Source of the DNA: a virus
UHGV virus genome: UHGV-0225074
DNA: 64,000 nucleotides
Strand: one strand, 5' to 3'
The translations under genes were made by a program, and so were the position numbers. Positions 17,111 to 27,290 of the stretch are shown piece by piece. The notes beneath the pieces were generated by a model. It was not told the DNA's origin and ran no database searches. It saw nothing but the letters and a program-made list of their open reading frames with translations. Position 1 is the first letter of the stretch; every line of letters begins with the position of its first letter.

Positions 17111-19186
17111 TTAAATTACATAAATTGCATGTTTTGCGTATTGCAATCCTATCGGGGCGAAAGGCGTATCATCGTCAGGACCAAGAGTAGGAACGGGGGT
17201 CCTGTCAAGATCGATGGTTGGCTTATACTCAGGTGCCGGGACATTTACCTTTCCAACCGGAGTTTCCAAGGAGAGTTGATGGATCAGGCTCTGAGGACGA
17301 AGCATAACTTCACCATTAAGCTTGAACATCCCATCTTCCCATTCCCAGCCGGAAGCATCGGAGAACTGCCCGTTGTCATCCATAACCATTGTATCAGCGA
17401 TACCCAGTTTTTTGTGTGGGCGGTTCTTCAGCACCACGATACGTACACGTCCACGGGAGCGGTCAGGAAGCTCTTCTGGTTCAACACCCAGAACCACCCA
17501 TGAGAGTTGTTCAAGGGCCGCAGAACCGCGCAGGTCTTCTTTACGGACCGGATACCAGAACGGTAACAGATTCCCATCTTTATCTTTCGGAAGCTGAAGT
17601 TCTTTACGCTTCATGTGACTGATTGATAAGATGAAAACATCGTACTTCTTACAGAAAGCTGCCAGCTCGGTCATGATGTTATCAAGGTCTCGACGTTCGT
17701 TGTCGGACTTAAGACCAGAGATTACCATTGACAGGTGATCGAGGATGATCCATTTACAACCATCAAGGAACACCATCTGCTTAAGTTTCTGAATAAGCTG
17801 GTCTGTCGGGATAGAACCGAAGTGATCAAAGATCTTAATCTTATCTTCCCGAATCCAGCGTTGGTGAATCTCAAGGTGTTGCTCTTCGGTTAAGAACTGC
17901 TCCGGGTCAGCAACAAATGCCTTAGGGTCCACCTTCAGCTCTTCAGCATACAAGCTGTTTACAGACTCTTCTTCATCCTCTTCCAGACGGATGATGGCTA
18001 CTTTCTCACTCTCGGTCCAGCCATCTAGGCGGGGAATTGACATATCACGAAGATAGTCAATGATCGCGTATTCAATCTTACGAGAGATTGTAGACTTACC
18101 ACCACCAGACGGGCCTGTCAATGTCCAAAGCTCACCAGTACGGGGACCACGGGTCAGGTTATATAGGCCGGGTAGCCCTGGTAATGGAACACCATCTTTT
18201 TTCTTCTTGCGAAGATTCTCAATGGTAATATCCTTAAGACCGATAAGCTTATCAGGAACATAGCGATCGTCTGCTTTAGTAAACATTGCATAAAGCTCGC
18301 GTACCTTACCCGCATCATACATGTCACGAATGTCTTTAAAGCCATCCGGGTCATTACGCTCGTTAGGATATCGCACAACGTAAATGTTTTCTGACAGCAG
18401 GAAGCTAGCGACATCGTCGGTTGCTTCTTTACCTTTCTTTATTTTCTTTTCTTTTTCTAATGCTGTGGCTTCGTCGTTATCAAAGCCCAAGACTACCTTC
18501 TCATAACTGCGAATGAACTTCTCGTTGTTTGCGAAAGTATCAACAGCGTTTGCAGTACCACAGTTTAATCCGACATAGGGTAGTGTCGGAAGACCTCCAA
18601 TGTCCTCGTCGTTCTGAATATGACGGATACCTTTTAAGATGCTATCCGCCCAGTCTTTAACGCCTTTACTGGCCTTTGGACTGGTGGACATAGCCTTAAC
18701 CATCTCATACGCTGCCTGCCATGCGGCGCATACGTCACCTTCACCTTCCACGATATTGATCTGCTTACGACCAACACCCATAGAGGCTTCATGCTGCCCG
18801 AAGAACTGAGATGATGCCTTCACAGCACCAACAGTTGAAAAGTGTCCTGTCTTTTCCTTCTGTAACGTCCAGTCACGTTTCTTGAATCCCGTCAGTTTCC
18901 CATACTTATCATAATAGGGCAAGTATGTTGCTACCGGGGTGATACCATCCGCCGGGGATACCGCAGAACGGATCTTAAAATACTGTGCTGCTTCAAGAGA
19001 GAGACTCATTTCGGGAACAGCCATGATGCGGGTGCCAGACAGCACTGATTCCAGGGTCTCTTCTGCTCGATTGTTACTATAACTCAACTTGCCTCCGCGA
19101 TTACTTCCAAAACCTGCTCTTGGGTTTTCATTGCCACCTTTGCGATACGCCGCCCAATCCGGTCCATTTCCCATTATCCCTCTCAT
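17111..19186 (-). CDS. primase-helicase (T7 gp4-like: TOPRIM primase + DnaB-type helicase)
   Basis: TOPRIM-like VVLGFDNDEA; Walker A LTGPSGGGKST; possible start at ATG 19186 (TAAATG coupling) or 19174 (SD GAGGG). Confidence 0.85.
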   Translation of the reverse strand: MRGIMGNGPDWAAYRKGGNENPRAGFGSNRGGKLSYSNNRAEETLESVLSGTRIMAVPEMSLSLEAAQYFKIRSAVSPADGITPVATYLPYYDKYGKLTGFKKRDWTLQKEKTGHFSTVGAVKASSQFFGQHEASMGVGRKQINIVEGEGDVCAAWQAAYEMVKAMSTSPKASKGVKDWADSILKGIRHIQNDEDIGGLPTLPYVGLNCGTANAVDTFANNEKFIRSYEKVVLGFDNDEATALEKEKKIKKGKEATDDVASFLLSENIYVVRYPNERNDPDGFKDIRDMYDAGKVRELYAMFTKADDRYVPDKLIGLKDITIENLRKKKKDGVPLPGLPGLYNLTRGPRTGELWTLTGPSGGGKSTISRKIEYAIIDYLRDMSIPRLDGWTESEKVAIIRLEEDEEESVNSLYAEELKVDPKAFVADPEQFLTEEQHLEIHQRWIREDKIKIFDHFGSIPTDQLIQKLKQMVFLDGCKWIILDHLSMVISGLKSDNERRDLDNIMTELAAFCKKYDVFILSISHMKRKELQLPKDKDGNLLPFWYPVRKEDLRGSAALEQLSWVVLGVEPEELPDRSRGRVRIVVLKNRPHKKLGIADTMVMDDNGQFSDASGWEWEDGMFKLNGEVMLRPQSLIHQLSLETPVGKVNVPAPEYKPTIDLDRTPVPTLGPDDDTPFAPIGLQYAKHAIYVI

Positions 19187-19917
19187 TTATTTTTCTGGTA
19201 AAACGCCTCCGCAAAACCGCGAGGTGTACAACTACGAATATTTTTAGTCTTGGTGGATTTGCCACCACACTTCTTCCAGCCTGGATTGTCCTTGTACAAT
19301 TCCTTCACAGGAAGCTTGTCAGGCTGTTTTGCGCCATTGCCCATCCAAATGCACGTCTTCTTGTTATACGCGTCCTGAGGAGGGTATACGTGCGGATATA
19401 GTGGGTGTATATCAGTGGTTGGGAGATACCCGCCGTAATCCTTAGGATCAAACATGTAATCAGGTTTTCGATACATTGAAGAGAGAACACCGACAGGGTT
19501 TTCAAAGGCCCACGGAACATTATATAAATCTCCAACCTTCTCTACCAATAGGCAAAGTTCCATTGCTTCCTTCTGGAAGTTAGGGTTTGCTGCTCTTTTC
19601 TTAGCCCAATGACGTGAACCTGCATTGGTCAGGTGAGTACATTCCGGGAAACCAAAGACGATGTGAACATTGTCACCAACCATTTCTTTGATCTCTTGAG
19701 CTTGTTGAACGGTCTTGTCGTGGAAGAACCACATCCCGACTTTAACAAGGTCACCCTCGCGGGTGACTCCTGGTGAATGTTGACCATCAAAAGTCCAAAC
19801 TTCATAGCCAGCCTCTAACCAAGGACGGGCCATGACCGAAGTGTAATCATAAAGAATGATCACTTTCTTCTTCAAACGCCCTCCCTTAGTGGAAACTGAC
19901 CCCTTGGTGATCGGCAT
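19183..19917 (-). CDS. hypothetical protein with degenerate C5-methyltransferase-like motifs
   Basis: 244 aa; IVFGFPECT (cf. GxPCQ) and AFENPVG (cf. ENV) but no FxGxG SAM loop; weak SD. Confidence 0.45.
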   Translation of the reverse strand: MPITKGSVSTKGGRLKKKVIILYDYTSVMARPWLEAGYEVWTFDGQHSPGVTREGDLVKVGMWFFHDKTVQQAQEIKEMVGDNVHIVFGFPECTHLTNAGSRHWAKKRAANPNFQKEAMELCLLVEKVGDLYNVPWAFENPVGVLSSMYRKPDYMFDPKDYGGYLPTTDIHPLYPHVYPPQDAYNKKTCIWMGNGAKQPDKLPVKELYKDNPGWKKCGGKSTKTKNIRSCTPRGFAEAFYQKNK

Positions 19918-20104
19918 TTGTTACCGTACCCATCATGGAAATTGGAATAATTTTAACCAGGGTGTAGGTCAGATATCTAGCGCTTTCAGATTGCCCTGCG
20001 ATAGTATATCCTTCATCAAGATGTTCTGCCAACACTTTAGCCACGTAATTTGGGCCACTGTGGTTATTGAATTCGAATTCGACGACTTTAACTTCGTGTT
20101 TCAT
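19886..20104 (-). CDS. hypothetical protein
   Basis: Start refined to ATG 20104 (SD GAGGAGG; the ORF track extends further to 20131); TAATG coupling with upstream gene. Confidence 0.4.
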   Translation of the reverse strand: MKHEVKVVEFEFNNHSGPNYVAKVLAEHLDEGYTIAGQSESARYLTYTLVKIIPISMMGTVTNADHQGVSFH

Positions 20105-20388
20105 TAAAACTCCTCCTCTTCCTGGAAGCAACCTACAATTTCAAGATTGCGGATATACTCGCGTAAATGATGGTATAGGACATCATCTGGAATGTCAACG
20201 TAGATCTGTTTATCTCCAGAGAATACAGCATAATACTCCAAATCTTGGAAACCGTTGTAATCTACATCGCTTTCACGACTGTTATGGTCGCCTTCCATCA
20301 CAGAATAAAGTGCTTCGACGGTGACGACACCCGCAGTAGGGTGGTCATAACTGAATTCGATCTCTACAGGAAGTGCGGCTTTACTCAT
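20104..20388 (-). CDS. hypothetical acidic protein
   Basis: 94 aa, ends EEEEF. Confidence 0.45.
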   Translation of the reverse strand: MSKAALPVEIEFSYDHPTAGVVTVEALYSVMEGDHNSRESDVDYNGFQDLEYYAVFSGDKQIYVDIPDDVLYHHLREYIRNLEIVGCFQEEEEF

Positions 20389-20617
20389 TAAGTCCTCTCG
20401 CTTCTAAATTAATTACGAACGCGCCTTCTCCACGGCGAAGCTCGGTATCATCACGCCAGTCACGGAACATTCCCCCGGCGCGACCACGAAAATATATGCA
20501 CTTATCGGTTATCCGGGTGATCTCCCCGAATTCCCACTTTTTTGCTCCAGCATTGCCTTGAGAGAAGGCGATCTTGTCGCCAACTCTCGCCTCATTCCCA
20601 AAACAATCTTTGATCAT
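20381..20617 (-). CDS. hypothetical protein
   Basis: 78-aa ORF in operon packing. Confidence 0.45.
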   Translation of the reverse strand: MIKDCFGNEARVGDKIAFSQGNAGAKKWEFGEITRITDKCIYFRGRAGGMFRDWRDDTELRRGEGAFVINLEARGLNE

Positions 20618-21111
20618 TTAGACTCCAGTTCGGCCTTTAATTCAATATTCTGGTCAATCAGTGCCTCGATAAACTGAACTGCATGGACTGCTGCACTATG
20701 ACAACCGTCATCAAACAACTTCCGGCTCACATCATTACGTAAAGCGGCTGCATCACTATGCAGGCGAGTTTCCATATAAGTGCTTATGGTATTCCACGCG
20801 TTAGCACCAGAACTTAGATATTCCAGAACTGCCAGCACATTCTGAGGGCAGGCAGTCGCAATGTATGTTGCATCCATATCATTGCGCCAAGCCGAAAGAT
20901 TACCTGTGTTCTCATGGCGCACAACCGGACCCATATTTCCGTCTGTCACAAACACTGTTTCCATGCCAGCATCTTCCGTTGAAAATGCAACCATAGCATG
21001 ACCATGTGAATCTATCCACCACTTACCTGGTGTTGCTTGACTTGCGATGCGTTTCAAATCATCAATAAGCTTACAAATATTTTCACGATGTTTCATCTTC
21101 TGCGCCTTCAT
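20614..21111 (-). CDS. hypothetical protein
   Basis: 165-aa ORF. Confidence 0.5.
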   Translation of the reverse strand: MKAQKMKHRENICKLIDDLKRIASQATPGKWWIDSHGHAMVAFSTEDAGMETVFVTDGNMGPVVRHENTGNLSAWRNDMDATYIATACPQNVLAVLEYLSSGANAWNTISTYMETRLHSDAAALRNDVSRKLFDDGCHSAAVHAVQFIEALIDQNIELKAELESK

Positions 21112-21397
21112 AACGAGTTAGGGTCAATTTAGTAACAGTCAGGCTCACACCTTCTGAAGTTTCTACCACAAAAGTATTGTGGACACCATCTAAAACTACG
21201 ACGATGAAGTCACCAACCGCAGGCGGGAGATCCGCAAGGTTCAGGGCAACCACTGCCTCAGCGTATTCACCATCATTGATGACTCGTATAGCGATATCAT
21301 GTCCAGGACCTTGCTCTGTGAAGTCGAATACCCGAACTTCATTTTCTGTAGTTTCATCCTCTTTGGCAAAGAGCCAGTTAATTAGACGTTTGAACAT
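21083..21397 (-). CDS. hypothetical protein
   Basis: Start refined to ATG 21397 (SD AGAGGG; the ORF track extends further to 21421). Confidence 0.45.
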   Translation of the reverse strand: MFKRLINWLFAKEDETTENEVRVFDFTEQGPGHDIAIRVINDGEYAEAVVALNLADLPPAVGDFIVVVLDGVHNTFVVETSEGVSLTVTKLTLTRYEGAEDETS

Positions 21398-21560
21398 TCT
21401 TCGCCCTCTTGACAATTTCATGAATTATATCTTGGAGTCTTTCCCACGCTTCCAGTTCAGCTTGTTGCATCTCATCGTGATAATCTTGAGCGATATCACG
21501 GAGTTTCATTAGCTTTTCTGTTGTTACCTTACTCAAGTCGGTAAAATCTTCAACCTGCAT
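21378..21560 (-). CDS. hypothetical small protein
   Basis: Start refined to ATG 21560 (SD GAGGAG; the ORF track extends further to 21671). Confidence 0.4.
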   Translation of the reverse strand: MQVEDFTDLSKVTTEKLMKLRDIAQDYHDEMQQAELEAWERLQDIIHEIVKRAKNVQTSN

Positions 21561-22008
21561 TTTTGTTCTCCTCATAGAACTTAATCCACTTCTTAGTTGA
21601 TTTGATACCACCTTCCAAAGACTTGTCCCTCTGAACCGCCACCTGCTCAACAATACGGTTCTGTAGAGCAAAACTCATGCGATCCCCCAACCTACGGAAT
21701 GGATTACCCTTGTACCCATTACCATTATGGATGCTAACTGCATCCTGTAACGAGATAAAGAATGGGCGACAAATCTTTTTACATCGAGGGAATGCAAGCT
21801 GGTAGCCAAAGCGACCATCTTTAACTTCCGGGAAGTTCGGAAGACGACGAGGGACATACCCATAAGCAGACATCATCTCGTCAAGAGAGGCCATTTGGAT
21901 GTGGGTAGTGTCCATAGCTTTTTCAGAGCGAGGAACCTGCCATTGATTCCATACTTCAAGTTCTTTGCGGAACTTTTCTACCAGCTCCAGACGAGAATAT
22001 GATGCCAT
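21550..22008 (-). CDS. hypothetical protein
   Basis: 152-aa ORF following the Dda-like gene. Confidence 0.5.
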   Translation of the reverse strand: MASYSRLELVEKFRKELEVWNQWQVPRSEKAMDTTHIQMASLDEMMSAYGYVPRRLPNFPEVKDGRFGYQLAFPRCKKICRPFFISLQDAVSIHNGNGYKGNPFRRLGDRMSFALQNRIVEQVAVQRDKSLEGGIKSTKKWIKFYEENKNAG

Positions 22009-22017
22009 TATTTTCTC

Positions 22018-23325
22018 CTAAAATTTTCCTGGGAATGTGTCTTTGTAGAATTTAACAATTCTTTGGTCTACGATAATATCACGTTCTTTAACCGGACGCA
22101 ATAATCTTAAACCTTTTGTAGAAGTGGCCCTGCTAAAGGCAACATAGGCCATCCCAGGAGCAAAAGCTCCATAACCAAAGTCTATATTAACCTCTGGCAA
22201 AGTCAAGCCTTGAGCTTTGTGAATGGTCACTGCATAACCAAGGCGAATGGGTAAGTTTGTGTATGTTCCAACAACAATCTTTTCCAATTCCTCTTCAGTC
22301 TTACCATTCTTGATAACCTTTCTTGGGAAGTATTCAACATTTTCCCAGACATTCTTTTCGATCTCTACAACCTTGCCATCTTCCAGTTCTACATCTACCG
22401 AAAACTTCCTTAGGGCCTTGATAATACCCCGTGTTCCGTTTACAAATTTAGGACCGTCTTCATCTGGATTCTGATCATTAACGGTGATCATGACACGAGT
22501 CCCTACCTTGAGGTGTAGACTCTCAGCAACTGGACGCTGGGCAAAATCTCCTGTTTTGGAGGCTTTGTAAATAACCTCTTCACCAAGTATCTGATCGTAA
22601 TGCTTTTTGTTGATACGCTCCGCTGCGGCATTAGTTGAAGTTAGGGTAATCGCATTCAGTGCTGCACCTTTTGAATAGCACTGATTGTTGAGGAATTTAA
22701 CTATTTCATCAATACGCTCGCCTTTCCTCATATGATTCAACAACGATGAAAAATGCACACTGTTTTGACGATAAATCTTGTCAAGAAGTACAGGGTATGG
22801 ATTTATCTCTCCCCAAGTGTCTGAGAAACACGATAATTCTGTGCTGTGGAGTTCGAAGTAAGCGTTTTCTTCAGAATCTGTCAGAACTGGAGGGTTCTGA
22901 AAGAAATCACCAAACATTATGACCTGAAGACCGCCGAAAGCTTTCTTAGGCTCCCTTCTCGCAACACGTAGTTTCTGATCCATTTCCCACAATTTGTCGG
23001 CTCGCACCATAGATATTTCATCAATAATGATACGCTCAAGAGATTTGCTTTTTAAAAGTTTTTTAGGTTTAGTTTTTACTGTCTTACCATCATCTTCTGT
23101 GGCTATCCCCATTGATAACCCGAAAGCTCGATGAGTTGTCATTCCATCAACATTAAGTGAAGCGACCCCTGTCGGGGCCACTGTTAATGTTGAACTTGGA
23201 TACAGGGATTGGATTGTTTTGATCAGATGGCTCTTGCCACTACCACCAGGTCCCGTAATGAAAACGTTTTTGCCTTCAATGATAGCACCTAAGGCCTCTT
23301 CCGTTCCCACTCCAAAATCAGACAT
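22018..23325 (-). CDS. dda: Dda/RecD/Pif1-like SF1B DNA helicase
   Basis: SD AAGGAGG; Walker A ITGPGGSGKSHLIKT; DExx-like IIDEISMV; C-terminal VTIHKAQGLT (motif VI). Confidence 0.85.
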   Translation of the reverse strand: MSDFGVGTEEALGAIIEGKNVFITGPGGSGKSHLIKTIQSLYPSSTLTVAPTGVASLNVDGMTTHRAFGLSMGIATEDDGKTVKTKPKKLLKSKSLERIIIDEISMVRADKLWEMDQKLRVARREPKKAFGGLQVIMFGDFFQNPPVLTDSEENAYFELHSTELSCFSDTWGEINPYPVLLDKIYRQNSVHFSSLLNHMRKGERIDEIVKFLNNQCYSKGAALNAITLTSTNAAAERINKKHYDQILGEEVIYKASKTGDFAQRPVAESLHLKVGTRVMITVNDQNPDEDGPKFVNGTRGIIKALRKFSVDVELEDGKVVEIEKNVWENVEYFPRKVIKNGKTEEELEKIVVGTYTNLPIRLGYAVTIHKAQGLTLPEVNIDFGYGAFAPGMAYVAFSRATSTKGLRLLRPVKERDIIVDQRIVKFYKDTFPGKF

Positions 23326-24560
23326 TAATCCTCCTTATCGAGATAAATTTCGTCCAGGATAGCACCCCTTACACCCACAACAATAACATCAGGAGCACCT
23401 GCTGGCTTTTCTTTTCCTGTCAATACCTCATAGCGGCAGCAGCGGCATTTCTTGTTATTGTAGTTATATGGTACGCTAACAATGTCTGCCGGGTCAACAG
23501 ATACCTCAACCACATTACCATAATCACGGGCATATTCCTTGGAGGCGATATGTAAACCCTGGCTACAAGCTTTGGTTGGGTCATCTTCAACCATGTTTCT
23601 TGGCATAGTGACTGTGGTGTTAGCCCAGTTAGGGACCAAGCCTGTGAACCAGTCACGAGGACCATTCTCAGTGCGTTTAAGACCCTTGTAGGCCAAGATG
23701 TTGCCATTCTCCAGAATCTCGAACTTGTTATGCTCCAGGAAGTCGTACAGCATTTCAACCGATTTGTAAGAAGGATTGAGCATCAGCTTCCGCATGAACT
23801 CGACATAACGGTTATCGAACTTCCCGGTCTCGATATCGGAAACAATACGGCGAGCAATACCGCTTTCTTGTTTGATACCGTGCCAGTACAGAATACCGTC
23901 CAGCAGCTTCATATCCGGTCCAAGATCGATTGCCACTTCAGCTTTTGCAGCGATTCCCGCCTCAATAAGCGCTACGGCTTCGTCGATCTTGTTGTTTAAC
24001 AGTAACATACCAACGTCGTTAAAGATTTCGCTGTTACTGCCCAGAGTATGAATGGTCCCATCGGGAAGTGTGATGGAAACGTTGCCCGGTGTCATGATGA
24101 CAATGGGATCAGCTTTCGTGTCATCAACAACCGAAATCTTAATAGGCACAGGTGTAGGTTCTGGAAGCTGAGGAACAGTAACGCTCACTTCTACATCAGA
24201 AACTACGAACACCACTTCCCAGCGCTTACCACGCTTGCCAAGGTCCTTGACAACTCCCTCCTCTTTGTCATGTCCTGCTGTTGTCTTTGCATGATCGATA
24301 ATCTTCGCATTCTGTACAGTCTTAGAGAATGCTCGGGCCTCTCCCCGACTCGCAAAGAACATAGAGGCAGTTGGCGCAGGGTAAGTTTCCATATCGAAGG
24401 AAATCGTCTTTTCCGGGGAAGCACCAATACTGTCTTTGGGGACAACCATCCAACGCCCCTCTGCCAGCACCGCCGGGGATACACCCCGGTCCACAACTTT
24501 CATACCACGACTTGCAGCACAAACACGAGCATCTGCACGGGATTTAAAAAGATTACTCAT
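23325..24560 (-). CDS. rIIB: rIIB-like protein (by synteny with the rIIA-like gene)
   Basis: SD AAGGAG; ATGA overlap with the upstream GHKL ATPase gene; assignment is positional only. Confidence 0.45.
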   Translation of the reverse strand: MSNLFKSRADARVCAASRGMKVVDRGVSPAVLAEGRWMVVPKDSIGASPEKTISFDMETYPAPTASMFFASRGEARAFSKTVQNAKIIDHAKTTAGHDKEEGVVKDLGKRGKRWEVVFVVSDVEVSVTVPQLPEPTPVPIKISVVDDTKADPIVIMTPGNVSITLPDGTIHTLGSNSEIFNDVGMLLLNNKIDEAVALIEAGIAAKAEVAIDLGPDMKLLDGILYWHGIKQESGIARRIVSDIETGKFDNRYVEFMRKLMLNPSYKSVEMLYDFLEHNKFEILENGNILAYKGLKRTENGPRDWFTGLVPNWANTTVTMPRNMVEDDPTKACSQGLHIASKEYARDYGNVVEVSVDPADIVSVPYNYNNKKCRCCRYEVLTGKEKPAGAPDVIVVGVRGAILDEIYLDKED

Positions 24561-26548
24561 TTATTTTCTCCTTTGCTATCAATAAATTTACGGTACTCAA
24601 CCACCTCTGGTGAGTTAAAATGTTGCATCGGGACGTGTTTCAGCAACGGGTAACGTTCTTTTACCTTGTTAATCAGACTTTTACCAACACGAATACGTCC
24701 ATTGACGATTCTCTTCGCAGTTCTTTCTGCACTATAATAACCTTTAATATGGTAAAGGGTACTAGCCATATTAACCTTTTCCTTGTATTCAGGATCTTTG
24801 ATAACCTCTACACCTATCCCCTTTAAGTCGTCCAAGAGAGAGCGATACTCACGCTGTCTGGTTAACTGATTAAGATGATAATCCAACAGGTTTGAACTTG
24901 CAACCTTATAAAGGTCGTCCTGTGTAATCATCCTAACATCATCATCCAGCCAACTCACTCGGTTTAAAGGTACGATATACAATTTATCATCAATACCAAG
25001 ATCTGACAAGAAGGTCTCCGGTTGATGACGGTTAGAAAGGTACGCCGTAGACCCAAGGTCACAAGTCCCTCGTGCCTGACCACCAGAATAGATCATGGCA
25101 TATTTGATATCATCAAATTCCGCACGGGAGATACGTGTTTTCCTAATAGCCCCACTCTGCTCAATGATCCATACGGGGTGCCCTGGTTCATACAGGCTAT
25201 AGCCGCCGTACTTTTTATCCGATTTCGATGCTGGACGCTTTTCAAGATCAGACAACTTGTGGATCATACCGGAAAAGAATGGGTTTTCACACATTTCCAA
25301 CACTTTTGCATTATCTGTCAGATAAACCGCTTTCCCAGATACGTCAAACAACTGATTACATTTGCTTCTAACCAGCTTATTGTCGTCGTTGTATACAAGA
25401 TGGTAACCATTCATCATATCCGCATATGAATAGTCTTTGTCAGTTTTACGCTTCTCCCCGTGGCCGTTGTAAGTTACACATTCCTTCACGCTTACAGAGT
25501 CAACATAATCTCTGAACGATTCTGCAATGTATTTTGCGCCGTATTTTGTAGCAAACCACCCGCCAACTCGCTTCATATACTCCAGAACATCCGCAAGTTT
25601 TGGAAGCTTACGGAGTTCATGATAGATTTCTTCACCACGACGATCAAGGGCAGTCTGGACAAATGCCTTAAGACGCTCTTCGAATCCACGGTCATTCTTA
25701 CCCTCGATAGTCCATTCACGTCCTGGGTTTACGTCACAATCCCCGATCGGAATGGACACCATCATCAGAGGCCATTCAGGGTTATTGCTCAGAAACTTTG
25801 ACTTGTACGGCTGTTGTCCCATAACCACAACGCTATCAGCATTGTTAGATACCGCCGAGTACATTTCCAGCATCCAACCAGATTCTTCATCTTTGAACGT
25901 ATACTGCACCGGGTAGGTACGGTCTCGAATAGATGAAGTCACAAATGGGTCATTGATCTCGTAAGGGAACTTAGCATAACGCAGGCAACTGATAATTGCA
26001 CGGCGGTATTTCTCAGTCTCTGCCGGGTCAACGTTGAATTTGATTTCAACACCATTTTCTTCTATGGTTTTTGACTCGTGGAGAGGCACAACCTCAGGTA
26101 TCCCTTGGTCTTTATGAACAGAGTACACAGTTTTAGTACCATCTTTGATAGAGATGACACTGAACATGTCCGTAACGGTGAACGGGGCCTTGGAACCAAT
26201 ACCTTTCGCACCGATCAGATCGTTGGATTCACGTTTAGTGGACGATCCCAGCATCATGAAGGTCTGGGTAACCATGTCAAAGTCCATCCCAATACCACCA
26301 TCCTTGACAGAATACCACGGTTCCAGGTCCGTTGGGGAGTGGATGATAATCGGTTTGTCCCGGCATCCGGCTTCTGTGTGTGCATCTACCGCATTGAACA
26401 GGGGTTCACGACAGGCAGCAAGGATCTTGTCCTCATAAATACCATCGATCAAGATACTGAAAGTTTCAGCATTAATCGCGATACCAGCCTGATAGCGTTT
26501 GACGTTGGTACTAACTTCTACCTTCTTCTCATTACGCTCGATTATCAT
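24557..26548 (-). CDS. rIIA: rIIA-like GHKL-family ATPase
   Basis: SD AGGAG; Bergerat-fold boxes: N-box FNAVDAHTEAG, G1 VKDGGIGMD, G2 GAKGIGSKAPF; no TOPRIM, so not a GyrB-type topoisomerase. Confidence 0.55.
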   Translation of the reverse strand: MIIERNEKKVEVSTNVKRYQAGIAINAETFSILIDGIYEDKILAACREPLFNAVDAHTEAGCRDKPIIIHSPTDLEPWYSVKDGGIGMDFDMVTQTFMMLGSSTKRESNDLIGAKGIGSKAPFTVTDMFSVISIKDGTKTVYSVHKDQGIPEVVPLHESKTIEENGVEIKFNVDPAETEKYRRAIISCLRYAKFPYEINDPFVTSSIRDRTYPVQYTFKDEESGWMLEMYSAVSNNADSVVVMGQQPYKSKFLSNNPEWPLMMVSIPIGDCDVNPGREWTIEGKNDRGFEERLKAFVQTALDRRGEEIYHELRKLPKLADVLEYMKRVGGWFATKYGAKYIAESFRDYVDSVSVKECVTYNGHGEKRKTDKDYSYADMMNGYHLVYNDDNKLVRSKCNQLFDVSGKAVYLTDNAKVLEMCENPFFSGMIHKLSDLEKRPASKSDKKYGGYSLYEPGHPVWIIEQSGAIRKTRISRAEFDDIKYAMIYSGGQARGTCDLGSTAYLSNRHQPETFLSDLGIDDKLYIVPLNRVSWLDDDVRMITQDDLYKVASSNLLDYHLNQLTRQREYRSLLDDLKGIGVEVIKDPEYKEKVNMASTLYHIKGYYSAERTAKRIVNGRIRVGKSLINKVKERYPLLKHVPMQHFNSPEVVEYRKFIDSKGENK

Positions 26549-26717
26549 CTACTTCTCCTACTTTTTGCAGTTGTTTGTATTTAGTCTAAAGGCCGCTGTA
26601 GCCATACCTATTGCGTATGCTCCACAAATTTGTTCCCAATACATGGGCTGTGACAGTGACAATATCACACACAGAGGGGTAATGCAAACAAATATTACTA
26701 AGAATTTCTTCATGAGT

Positions 26718-27248
26718 TCATGCCCCCTGAGAATCTTCTTTCTCTTTATAATAGATATGGTTATCGATCCTGACTGTGCGTAGCATGGCCTTTGTCCAGT
26801 AGGGTTTTACTTTTCGTGAATGGTAGTGAGTGGCCCCGTGTGTTATGTCCAGAGCATCGTAAACGATCCTGTTCTGTTTATGAATCTTGATCAGAACTTT
26901 AGCAAACTCTTGTGCCTTATCCCAGCGATCCTTTTCATAGACTTTAAACGTTGTTCCTGAAGATGTCCAGGAGAATTGTCCTGGTTGGTAGACAATCTTC
27001 TTTACGGTACCCGGATATTTGTCGTTATCCTTACGATTCAAAGTCACGAATGCGATCGACATTAACCCGGAGTCGCTTTCTCCACGGGCCTCTCGATACA
27101 TATTACATGCCAAGATGTTTACCGCTGTGTCATCCTTCTTACAAAGATGGATAACTTTGGGCTTCTTTGCGTTGTCTTTAGCCAGTACAGGTGTGGTGGC
27201 TAGAGAAAACACACAGGCGGTTGCCAGAATCAGATTTTTCAATTTCAA
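26718..27248 (-). CDS. secreted cell-wall hydrolase, SleB/CwlJ (Hydrolase_2)-like
   Basis: TTG start preceded by SD GGAG; signal peptide; motif NMYREARGE...VTLNR...PGTVKKIVYQPGQFSW typical of the SleB family. Confidence 0.6.
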   Translation of the reverse strand: MKLKNLILATACVFSLATTPVLAKDNAKKPKVIHLCKKDDTAVNILACNMYREARGESDSGLMSIAFVTLNRKDNDKYPGTVKKIVYQPGQFSWTSSGTTFKVYEKDRWDKAQEFAKVLIKIHKQNRIVYDALDITHGATHYHSRKVKPYWTKAMLRTVRIDNHIYYKEKEDSQGA

Positions 27249-27263
27249 ATTTACACTCCAAAT

Positions 27264-27288
27264 TAAAAAGCCCCATTGCGGGGCTGTA
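27264..27288 (-). terminator. rho-independent terminator (minus strand)
   Basis: GCCCC-ATTGC-GGGGC hairpin with T-run on the minus strand between the 27291-27656 gene and the hydrolase gene. Confidence 0.45.
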
Positions 27289-27290
27289 TA

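Noticed and set aside
24557-26548. Reading the GHKL ATPase as a type II topoisomerase (GyrB-like) subunit
   Set aside because: No TOPRIM (EGDSA) motif follows the ATPase boxes, and the downstream partner does not look like GyrA. The rIIA-like interpretation fits better.
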